A DNA stretch of 64,000 bases from Anaerolineae bacterium (GTDB lineage: Bacteria; Chloroflexota; Anaerolineae; Aggregatilineales; Phototrophicaceae), in NCBI GenBank assembly GCA_034431675.1, contig DAOUCZ010000171.1, positions 7,400 through 71,399 on the forward strand. The letters run 5' to 3'. Below the pieces are notes generated by a model, which did no database searches, was not told where the DNA came from, and worked only from the letters and a program-made list of their open reading frames with translations. Shown piece after piece: positions 19,151 through 26,804 of this stretch; within the stretch, counting starts at the first letter, position 1; every line of letters begins with the position of its first letter. A program made the translations under genes and the position numbers.

Positions 19151-20251
19151 CTAGACGGTGAGATAGCCAAACGTCCAGCCCGATTGACCTGCGCCACTCA
19201 GGGTGACAGCGGGGGTAGGCAGATGGGCCAGCTGTGCCCCATTATGGCGGACAACCAGCTGATTGGCCAGCAGAGTGTGAGTGCTGGCGTCAAAATGGTG
19301 ACCGGTCACTACCGCTGCCGGCAGGTGATGGCGGACTGCCAAGATGTCGCCGCGGGCGGCATCAAGGGCGCGGCTGAGCCATTGGCCGGCGGTTTGCCCC
19401 AATGCCATGAAAGGCTGTTGACCATGCGCTGCTGAAATCACAGTGTGGCTTTGCGCATCGGTCATGAACGGCGCGGCCACCAGCGGCGCGGTCAGGCCAG
19501 CGCCACGATAGGCCTTGAGGAAGGCGGCGGCTTGCGCCCCTTGATAGGCGGCATACACAACATCGGGGCGGTTGGCGCGTACGGCGCTCAATGCGGCGGC
19601 CAGCCGGTCGGCAGTGGGGTGAACATGGGTGATGTGGCGGTCAATCAGCTGGCCGCCGGCGGCGCTCACCCCCTGCTCAAAGGCATAAACGGTGTCGAAG
19701 CCGCTTTCGTAGAACGAGGCCAGCAGCATGGCGCGCCCGCCGTGCTGCCGTGCGGCCCATTGGCCGGCGGCATAGGCACTCTGCCAGTATCCCAGCGAGG
19801 CGTAGAACACGCGCGGGTGCGCGCGCTGCACCACCGTCTCGCCCGGGGTGAGGGCCAGCAGGACGGCGTCGTGGGCGTGCAGGATGGGGTGCAGCGCCTC
19901 GGCTTGGGTCGGGCTGACCAGACCGATCAGCAGCTTGCTGCCGGCCTCCAGCAGGTATTGGGCGGCCAGCACCACCGAGTCGCTGGTGATGCCGCTGCGC
20001 TCGGTCAGCAGGGTGTGCTGCGTGCCAAGGGCCTGTTGAATCCCGTGCAGCAGATGAGCGGCGGCATCGGGCAGTTGGCGCGTTTCGGGCAGCATCACGC
20101 CTATCAGCGTACTGTTGGCCTCGGTGGCGGATTGTGAGAGGTGGTGGGTATCGAGGGCGGCCAGCGCACCCAGCGGCGCGGCGGCAAGGCTGGCGGCAAG
20201 GCCTGCGCCCATTTGGATGAAACTGCGGCGGGAGAGCGGATGAGAACTCAT
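19151..20251 (-). CDS. Tat-signal periplasmic binding protein (type-1 PBP, LivK-like fold)
   Basis: Twin-arginine leader LSRRSFIQMGAGLAASLAAAPLGALA. The alternating beta-alpha pattern and length fit Peripla_BP_6-like proteins. No adjacent ABC permease or ATPase on this strand. Confidence 0.6.
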   Translation of the reverse strand: MSSHPLSRRSFIQMGAGLAASLAAAPLGALAALDTHHLSQSATEANSTLIGVMLPETRQLPDAAAHLLHGIQQALGTQHTLLTERSGITSDSVVLAAQYLLEAGSKLLIGLVSPTQAEALHPILHAHDAVLLALTPGETVVQRAHPRVFYASLGYWQSAYAAGQWAARQHGGRAMLLASFYESGFDTVYAFEQGVSAAGGQLIDRHITHVHPTADRLAAALSAVRANRPDVVYAAYQGAQAAAFLKAYRGAGLTAPLVAAPFMTDAQSHTVISAAHGQQPFMALGQTAGQWLSRALDAARGDILAVRHHLPAAVVTGHHFDASTHTLLANQLVVRHNGAQLAHLPTPAVTLSGAGQSGWTFGYLTV

Positions 20252-20308
20252 GATTGGGGACTCCGATGGTAGGTAATGGGGCTGAACGATAATGAGTCGG
20301 TTGGGCGC

Positions 20309-20641
20309 TTAGCTGAACGTGATTTCGTATTCGATGCCGACGGCATTGGGGGCATGGGGGACAATGAATAAGACATGCTCGCCCAACTGCGGGTGGCTGA
20401 GGATAAAATTGCCCTGCGGCAGATATTGGTCGCGCAGGGTGGATTGCAGCATCAGTGCAAACGGCTGAAACAGGCTTTCATCTTGCGGGTGTTTGGTCTG
20501 CGGCCCCCACGGGCGCACCTGTGTCAGCGTGACCGGCAGGCGCTCGTTGTCCCCATAATGGAGGTGAAACGTCTCGTTCAGCAGCGGCTCAAAATCGGTG
20601 TGACGCAGGATGATGGAGGTCATGGCGTAGATGGTATCCAT
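20309..20641 (-). CDS. Small hypothetical protein (110 aa; 104 aa if started at 20623), translationally coupled to the upstream GNAT gene
   Basis: I recognise no catalytic motif. The internal ATG at 20623 forms an ATGA overlap with the GNAT stop at 20620-20622. ATG 20641 gives a 22-nt overlap instead. Confidence 0.6.
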   Translation of the reverse strand: MDTIYAMTSIILRHTDFEPLLNETFHLHYGDNERLPVTLTQVRPWGPQTKHPQDESLFQPFALMLQSTLRDQYLPQGNFILSHPQLGEHVLFIVPHAPNAVGIEYEITFS

Positions 20642-21126
20642 TTCATGTGGGTATAAATGCCGTGCTGGTCGGTGGGTTCAAAGCCAAGGCGCTGATATAG
20701 GCGGTAGGCTGGGTTAAAGTCTTCGACGTATAGGGTCATCGGGACGCGGCGGCGGGCGGCTTCGGCCATCAGCCAGCGCATCAGGGCAGTGCCGTGGCCT
20801 TGTCGGCGCAGCGCCGGCGCAAGGGTGACATCCATCAGGTGCAGGGTTTGTCCGCCGCGTTCCCAATCGACATAGAGGCGTCCGGCACGCTCGCCCTGAT
20901 ACGATAACATGTAATAACCCACATGCGGAAAGTGGGTTTGATAGTGCTCGTGCTGGGCGTTGAACTGCATGGCGATGAAGGCGTTTTTTTGCTCGTCCGT
21001 CCACGGCACAGGGGCGAGGTCGGTGCGCGTTGTGCCATACAGCCAGCACAGAAAAGGCATATCTGGTGGGCTAATCGGCGTAAGCGAGAAGTCGGGTGGC
21101 AAAGGCGGGATGACGTACTGACTCAT
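20620..21126 (-). CDS. GNAT-family N-acetyltransferase
   Basis: Acetyl-CoA motif A LAPALRRQGHGTALMRWLMAEA and C-terminal NPAYRLYQRLGF. ATG 21126 (MSQYVIPP...) is preferred over the ORF-track start at 21189. Confidence 0.85.
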   Translation of the reverse strand: MSQYVIPPLPPDFSLTPISPPDMPFLCWLYGTTRTDLAPVPWTDEQKNAFIAMQFNAQHEHYQTHFPHVGYYMLSYQGERAGRLYVDWERGGQTLHLMDVTLAPALRRQGHGTALMRWLMAEAARRRVPMTLYVEDFNPAYRLYQRLGFEPTDQHGIYTHMKWIPSTP

Positions 21127-21217
21127 GCGGATTCTCGTCGGGAGGGTAAGCGAAAGGGTGGGCGATGCCTGCTGGCATCCCCCACCCATTTTGAACAGAT
21201 TAGACCTGCCGTGCAGG

Positions 21218-21736
21218 TTAGGTGCGCGGCGGGAAGACGCCCTGCAAGGCGATATTGAAGTAGAAGGTGAGATAGGGTTGCATGTTGTTGTGCGGTTGGT
21301 CGCCGCCGGCGGGGGCGAGCATCACGTCATTCATGCTGACAAGACTGGCAGCAGGGGCATAAATGCGACCGCTGTCTGGCGGCGCGTAATAGTTGTTGGC
21401 GGGGTTGTTGCGCTCGCCGGGGTTATCCGAGAACTGCACGCTGTGACTGTGAGAGGGGATTTCGCTCTCCAGCAGGCTGACGGTCTCGCTGCCGCCGGTT
21501 TCGCCAAGGTCATGCAGCGACAGCCCCGGGCCTTGCCCCGGGTGCATGGCAGCACGCCCTTGCAGGTCGGGCAGGGCAAAGTTGCTTTTGCCGTTGCCGC
21601 CATAGGTGGTGCCCAGCAGCGAAAACAGCGCGGTGTTCTGCGACAGCGGCAGCAGCTGTCCATCGCACCATGCCCAGCCTTTGGGCGCAAAGTTGAAGGG
21701 GAAAATGCGGATTTCTGCAACAAATGGATCGGCCAT
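21218..21736 (-). CDS. Phage-tail-collar domain protein (MdpB-like), paralog 3
   Basis: MADPFVAEIRIFPFNFAPKGWAWCDGQLLP...LFSLLGTTYGGNG...FALPDLQGR, then IPSHSHS, then GGDQPHNNMQPYL. GGAG upstream. Confidence 0.9.
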   Translation of the reverse strand: MADPFVAEIRIFPFNFAPKGWAWCDGQLLPLSQNTALFSLLGTTYGGNGKSNFALPDLQGRAAMHPGQGPGLSLHDLGETGGSETVSLLESEIPSHSHSVQFSDNPGERNNPANNYYAPPDSGRIYAPAASLVSMNDVMLAPAGGDQPHNNMQPYLTFYFNIALQGVFPPRT

Positions 21737-21781
21737 GGATAGAGTCTCCGGTGATGGATAAAAAGTAAAGCGCGCGGCCGC

Positions 21782-22285
21782 TTAGCTCGGTGATGGGAAA
21801 ATGCCGTACAGCGAGATGATGTAGTTCACACACAGATAGGGCTGAAAGTTGGTGTGTGGCTGACTGCCGCCGGTTGGCGTGATAATTTGTGGACTCATGT
21901 TGCCCAGCGGTGTCAGGTTGTTATAAATCAGGGCGCTGGGAGAGGCTGGCAGGGTGTTGCTGCTGGGCACGCTTTCGGTGGCGGTCTGTGAGTTGGCCAG
22001 CATCGGGTGGGTATGGGCCGGAATCTGGCTGACTGTCAAGGTGACTTCTTCGACGCCGCCGGTTTCGGCAAGGATAAACCCGTTGCCCTGATGCAGCGGG
22101 ATGCGCCCGCGCAGGTCGGGCAGGGCAAAGGTGCTTTGTCCATCCCCGCCATAGGTAGTACCAATCAGGTTGAACAACGTTTCGTATTCCGAGATGGGCA
22201 GCAGCTGTCCTTCGCAGAACATCCATCCTGCCGGCGCAAAGTTGCCGGCAAAGATGCGGATTTCACCAACATAAGGTTGAGCCAT
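21782..22285 (-). CDS. Phage-tail-collar domain protein (MdpB-like), paralog 2
   Basis: MAQPYVGEIRIFAGNFAPAGWMFCEGQLLP...LFNLIGTTYGGDG...FALPDLRGR, then IPAHTHP, then GGSQPHTNFQPYL. CAGGAGA upstream. Confidence 0.9.
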   Translation of the reverse strand: MAQPYVGEIRIFAGNFAPAGWMFCEGQLLPISEYETLFNLIGTTYGGDGQSTFALPDLRGRIPLHQGNGFILAETGGVEEVTLTVSQIPAHTHPMLANSQTATESVPSSNTLPASPSALIYNNLTPLGNMSPQIITPTGGSQPHTNFQPYLCVNYIISLYGIFPSPS

Positions 22286-22312
22286 GACGTGTCGTCTCCT
22301 GTCAGGTTGCGG

Positions 22313-22813
22313 TTAGGTGGCGCTGGGGTAGATGCCCTGAAGGGCGATACAGAAGTTGAGCGTCAGAAATGGCTGCATATTGAGGTGCGCCTGACTCCCG
22401 CCGACGTTGGAGACCGCTCCGGCGGCCATTGCGACGAGGTTTTGGGGCGGGCCATAAATCGGAGAAACGGTCTGGGCGGGGACATTGCCCGTCGGGGCAT
22501 CCGAGGATGCTGCGGTGGTGCTAAAGCGAGCCACATGGGTGTGGGTGGGGATTTCGGCGATGCTGAGGGTGTGGGCTTGCTCGCCGCCGCGCTCGCCAAG
22601 GGTGTGTGAGCTGCCGACATGGATCGGTGTACGCCCGCGCAGGTCGGGTAGGGCGAAGTTCACCCGTCCATCTCCGCCGAAGGTGGTGCCCAGCAGCGAA
22701 AACAGCGCCTGATTCTGGTTGATGGGCAGCAGCTGGCCGTTGCATAGTGCCCATCCTTTGGGCGGGAACCCAAAGGACATTATTCTAATTTCAGATAAAA
22801 ATGGTTCTGCCAT
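22313..22813 (-). CDS. Phage-tail-collar domain protein (MdpB-like), paralog 1
   Basis: MAEPFLSEIRIMSFGFPPKGWALCNGQLLP...LFSLLGTTFGGDG...FALPDLRGR, then IPTHTHV, then GGSQAHLNMQPFL. CAGGAGA upstream. Confidence 0.9.
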   Translation of the reverse strand: MAEPFLSEIRIMSFGFPPKGWALCNGQLLPINQNQALFSLLGTTFGGDGRVNFALPDLRGRTPIHVGSSHTLGERGGEQAHTLSIAEIPTHTHVARFSTTAASSDAPTGNVPAQTVSPIYGPPQNLVAMAAGAVSNVGGSQAHLNMQPFLTLNFCIALQGIYPSAT

Positions 22814-22924
22814 GACGATACGTTCTCCTGCGATTCGATGGGTGTGGCTGCGGATAAAAAAAATTCTCGTTGCAGCGCGGCGGAGCAGACCAGCGCCCCG
22901 CCGCGTACACGACAGAAAGTAAGG

Positions 22925-22953
22925 ACGGGTGAGAGGTGCTGCCTCTCACCCGT
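22925..22953 (-). terminator. Perfect 12-bp hairpin 4 nt after the beta-helix gene stop (terminator or attenuator)
   Basis: ACGGGTGAGAGG (22925-22936), loop TGCTG, CCTCTCACCCGT (22942-22953). The minus-strand 3' flank is CCTTACTTTCTG. A second stem, CGCGGCGG/CCGCCGCG, and a T8 run follow before the first collar gene. Confidence 0.5.
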
Positions 22954-22957
22954 GAGG

Positions 22958-25900
22958 CTAGCTAAACGGGAAGCCCACTGGCAGTGACGGGATGGTGCAG
23001 GTAGCGCTGGTGATGTTGTTGTTTGGCCCAGAGATCGCGCCCACCGCCAGCGTGTTGTTGGCATTTAGATAGGTCTGCGCATTTGTATCACCTGTGCCTA
23101 TCATGCCTTGCAAACGCACTGCGCCAAACCCGTTATAAGACAGGTTCACCGAGGGCTGTGTGCCACCCGTGCCGGCAGCCACCGTGTTATTGCGGATGTC
23201 CATACACGCATTGTTGAAGTCGCGGATGTTGGCCGTGATGGTGCGGCGTGATGAGGCGGTGGCGTTGGCTAGCAGGCTGCTGTTGGTGATGATGTAGTTG
23301 GCATTGATGGTGCTGCCGCTGATTGCCCCGTTGTTCTGGAGCAGGATGCTGGCACCGAAGATAGGCGTGGTTGCAGGGACGTTGACTTCGTTCATCGAGA
23401 CGTTCAGCGTGAATGCGGTAGTGCCGCCGCCGCCGGTGTTTGCGCCATCTGCAAAGAGCTGAATGGCGTTGCCTTCGTGAGCGTGATAGATGTAGAGCAC
23501 GTCAATCACGCCGTTGGTGGTGGTGAAGTCACCGCCTTCCACCTCGACCACGCCGAGGGCCAGCTCGCCGGTGTAGTTGCGGATGTCGTTGGAGAACAGG
23601 CGGAAGTTCAGCGTGCTGTTGCCCTGTGCGTTGCGCAGGCTGATGGCTGTTTCGCCGTTGTTGGTATGGCTTGTGCCGGCATAGGGCGCGGCGGTGAAGG
23701 CGCTGCTGACGATGGCGATGTCCATGCGTGCGGAGCTGCTGCCCTCGGGGTTGGCGGTGATGCCGATGCCGTCGATTTGCTCGAACGTCGAGTTTTGGAT
23801 AAAAGCGTTGATGCGGGCAGTGCCGTCGGCGCGCAGCAGGATGCCGTTGCCGTTGCAGTTGCCGCCGCCGCAGGCCGTGGTGGTGATGTTGTTGCGCAGC
23901 ACGTTATTCGTCCAGCGGAAGTTGAGCGTGCCGGCAAAGTTCTCGAGGTAGACGCCGTTGTCGGTGAAGTTCTCGATGGTGCTGTTGTTGACCTCAAAGT
24001 TGCCGCTGATCGGCGCGCCGCTGGTTTCGCCCTCGCGCAGGTTAAAGACGTGCTCGTTGTCGGCGTTGCCGATGTTGGTCATATCGACATTGGAGAACAG
24101 CAGATTAATGATGCCGCGCCCGTGCACGCCGTAGTTGCCCACGTTGTTGATGGTCAGGTCGGTGACCTGAATGTCGCGCGCGCCGTCGATGTTGAAAGCG
24201 CTGCCGCCGATGTTCGTCCACGTGCCGCCCGCGCCGTTGGTATGAACACTGACAAAGTTATTGTCGCCGCGGATGACGAAGGTGCTGCCAGCCCCGTTGT
24301 TGGTCAGGCGCACGGCGTCACCAGTCGCGCCGGTGATGTTGAGGGTGGTGATGTCGGTGGCGATCGTGCTGTTGGCGATCTCGACGCCGGCGGTGGTCTT
24401 AGCGCCGATGTTCACTGTGCCGCTGACCGTTAGTGTGCCGCTGGCACGGTTGATATTGATCCCGTGCGTGCCTGCGCCGGGATTGCTGATGCTGGCGAAC
24501 TGCAAGTTCAGCGGTTGGTTGGTGGCATGGCTGACGTTGAGGGCGACCGCGCTGCCGGTCACGTCCAACAGGCTGCTGGCGCTGCTGTTCACCTGTCCGG
24601 GGCTGGCGTTGGCATAGGCGATGTTGAGCGCCACAGCACCGTTTGTATAGACGGCGACATTGCCAAGGTCGACCGCGCCGGTGTTGCCTACAAGGGTGAT
24701 GGGTGTTGTGGTGTAGCGTGCGGCAGTTGTCCCGAGCGTCAACGTGGTGAAGGTGACTGTGCGCGTGCTGTTTTGGATCGAGACGCCGCCAGAAGCATTG
24801 GTCGCGGTCACGGTGTTGTTAAATGTCACTGCGCCCGGGGTGCTCAGGCCGTTGATGTTGACCGCTGCGCCGGCATTGCTCTTGCTGATGCTGCCGCCGT
24901 AGGTCAGGTTGATGGTGCTGGTGTTGATGTCCACGACGTGGTTAGAAGCGCCGGCGGTGCTGGCCAGCGTGCCGGCGGTGGCTGTGATGGTGCCGGCGCA
25001 GTTGTCAAAGCTCAGGCCCTTGGTGCTGCCGCCTGCGCTGAGGGTGGCAAAGGCCGCATTGACCGTGCTGTCCTGGCACAAGATGCCGACGCCGGCGGTG
25101 GTCGTCAGGGTGCTGGTGCTGCTGGTCACTGTGACCGCTGCGCCGTTGACGAAGATGCCGTCCTGCGCGCCGCTGGCGGTCAGGATGTTAGTGCTCAGCA
25201 AAAATCCGCTGGGGGTGGTGTCGTCGATGTAGATGAAGCGCCCTGCGGGGTTAGAGATGGTGGTCGTGCCGGTCACGATGACGTCAAACCCGCCGGTGGG
25301 GTTGCTGACGCTGATGCCGCGCGCGTTGCTGTTGGTCGAGGACAAGCTGGCAAATGTGGCATTGGCGGTCAGCTCAACATTTTCGAGATAGAGGGCTGGG
25401 CCGCTGGATGCCGAAAGCGTGCTGCCCGTGCCGCCGATGGTCAGTCGCCCGCCATCAGAGAGGAAGGCTGCCGAGTCGGTGGCGGTGCTGCTGGAGACCA
25501 CGCCGTCGGCAAAGTTGACCAGTGATGCGGCGTTGTTGGACTGCAACCTGACCAGCGGTTCACTGGTTCTACCCCCCGCGATGTTGACCATGGGCAGGGT
25601 GACAGACCCGGCAGCGGTCATCGTCCCGATGTTGATGCCGCGCGTGTTGGTCGAGGTGAGCGAGCTGGTCGCATCGAAGGTGATGGTGCCGGCGCTGCCG
25701 CTGACGTTGAGCACATAGCCGCCGGTAAAGCCGCTGCCTGCGCCAACGTCCACGTTGGTCAGGGTCATGGTGCCGCTGGTGTTGATGAACTGAAGGGCGG
25801 GGCTGAGCGCGGGGAGCGCCCCGTTGATGCTGACGTTGGTCAGGGCCATGGTGCCGGTCGAGTTGATGAACTCGATGCCACCGGTGGCGCTGACGCTGGA

Positions 25901-26683
25901 CGCAATGGCGACATCGGTGATGGTGAAGTTGCCATTGGGCGTGGGGGCGCCACGGATGGCCCAGCCCGATGTGTTCTCGATATTAAAGCCGCGAACCTGC
26001 CCGCCCTGCCCAAAGATTTCGATGATTGGGAAGCTGCTGGCGCTGGTCAGGAGTGGCGTGCCGCCGGCGGCCACATCGTTCTGGGTGCCGACAAGGTCGA
26101 GGCCCATGCCATGACCAATCAGTTTTTGGCCGGCTTCAAGGTCAAATTCGAGGTTGGCATAGGTGCCGGCATACACAAAGATGGTGTGGTTATTAGAGTC
26201 GATGTCACCGGCGCCAGCTGCGCCGTTGAGGGGGGCAAAGCTGTTGAACGGTGCGTTGAATGTGCCGTCGCCCCCTGCGGGCGCGCTGGCGTTGACGAAC
26301 CACACCGTTTCGCCGGTCACATTGATGGTAACCAGCGTGCTGTTGGTTCCAAAGGCATTGCGCACCGTGTAGCTGAAGGTGTCTGTGCCAGCGAAGCCGG
26401 CGGGGGCGTCATAGGTGAAGCTGCCGTCGGCGGCCACGCTGACCTTTGCGCCGTACTGACTGACAGTATCGTACACCTCTAGGCGGTGGGTGGCCGGATT
26501 AAAGCCGGTGTCGTTGGCCAGCAGGCCCGAGGCCGAATCGACCGAGATATTGCCATTGACGTTGACCGCGTAGTTATCTGCGGTCACGGTGGGGGCTGCT
26601 TGTGCCAGTGCTGCGCTGGAGAAGGCCAGCATCAGCAGGGCTAAGAGACATATTTTGAAGATGAAGCGGTTTCGATGAGACAT
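22958..26683 (-). CDS. Secreted 1242-aa protein: N-terminal cadherin/VCBS-like Ig domain followed by a long right-handed parallel beta-helix (PbH1-type repeats)
   Basis: Signal peptide MSHRNRFIFKICLLALLMLAFSSAALAQA. The segment TVTADNYAVNVNG...LLANDTG...FTYDAPAGFAGTDTFSYTV is a cadherin-like module. The body is rich in Gly/Asn/Thr/Ser/Ala, with PbH1-like turns such as NNVLRNNITT...GNGILLRADG...NSTFEQIDGIGI. The ORF-track start at 26953 was rejected. Confidence 0.85.
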   Translation of the reverse strand: MSHRNRFIFKICLLALLMLAFSSAALAQAAPTVTADNYAVNVNGNISVDSASGLLANDTGFNPATHRLEVYDTVSQYGAKVSVAADGSFTYDAPAGFAGTDTFSYTVRNAFGTNSTLVTINVTGETVWFVNASAPAGGDGTFNAPFNSFAPLNGAAGAGDIDSNNHTIFVYAGTYANLEFDLEAGQKLIGHGMGLDLVGTQNDVAAGGTPLLTSASSFPIIEIFGQGGQVRGFNIENTSGWAIRGAPTPNGNFTITDVAIASSVSATGGIEFINSTGTMALTNVSINGALPALSPALQFINTSGTMTLTNVDVGAGSGFTGGYVLNVSGSAGTITFDATSSLTSTNTRGINIGTMTAAGSVTLPMVNIAGGRTSEPLVRLQSNNAASLVNFADGVVSSSTATDSAAFLSDGGRLTIGGTGSTLSASSGPALYLENVELTANATFASLSSTNSNARGISVSNPTGGFDVIVTGTTTISNPAGRFIYIDDTTPSGFLLSTNILTASGAQDGIFVNGAAVTVTSSTSTLTTTAGVGILCQDSTVNAAFATLSAGGSTKGLSFDNCAGTITATAGTLASTAGASNHVVDINTSTINLTYGGSISKSNAGAAVNINGLSTPGAVTFNNTVTATNASGGVSIQNSTRTVTFTTLTLGTTAARYTTTPITLVGNTGAVDLGNVAVYTNGAVALNIAYANASPGQVNSSASSLLDVTGSAVALNVSHATNQPLNLQFASISNPGAGTHGININRASGTLTVSGTVNIGAKTTAGVEIANSTIATDITTLNITGATGDAVRLTNNGAGSTFVIRGDNNFVSVHTNGAGGTWTNIGGSAFNIDGARDIQVTDLTINNVGNYGVHGRGIINLLFSNVDMTNIGNADNEHVFNLREGETSGAPISGNFEVNNSTIENFTDNGVYLENFAGTLNFRWTNNVLRNNITTTACGGGNCNGNGILLRADGTARINAFIQNSTFEQIDGIGITANPEGSSSARMDIAIVSSAFTAAPYAGTSHTNNGETAISLRNAQGNSTLNFRLFSNDIRNYTGELALGVVEVEGGDFTTTNGVIDVLYIYHAHEGNAIQLFADGANTGGGGTTAFTLNVSMNEVNVPATTPIFGASILLQNNGAISGSTINANYIITNSSLLANATASSRRTITANIRDFNNACMDIRNNTVAAGTGGTQPSVNLSYNGFGAVRLQGMIGTGDTNAQTYLNANNTLAVGAISGPNNNITSATCTIPSLPVGFPFS

Positions 26684-26804
26684 AGGAGTGTTTCCCTGTG
26701 GTGTGACCTGTGTGTTTGCCGTCGGCGGAGACAACGAAAGCGAAGGTGCTGGGTGTTTGGCCCACCAGAGCGTTAGGCTGCACCGGTGGGCCAAAGAACT
26801 GGGC

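Noticed and set aside
20309-21126. GNAT-type toxin-antitoxin pair (TacT/AtaT-like)
   Set aside because: In those systems a small RHH/DUF1778 antitoxin gene precedes the GNAT toxin. Here the small ORF follows the GNAT, is larger (about 104-110 aa) and shows no RHH-like N-terminus.
23477-25525. Plus-strand ORFs of 318 and 353 aa antisense to the beta-helix gene
   Set aside because: Their Gly/Ala/Asp/Val-rich translations mirror the Thr/Ala/Gly/Asn codons of the real gene. They have no start context and no motifs.
21218-26683. Prophage or tailocin remnant, suggested by the collar domains and a tailspike-like beta-helix
   Set aside because: No capsid, terminase, portal, sheath, tube, baseplate, lysis or integrase genes lie within 64 kb. 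The beta-helix protein has a Sec signal peptide, and the GC content looks the same as the surroundings. I treat this as cellular genes of phage-like fold, although only a wider genome view can settle it.
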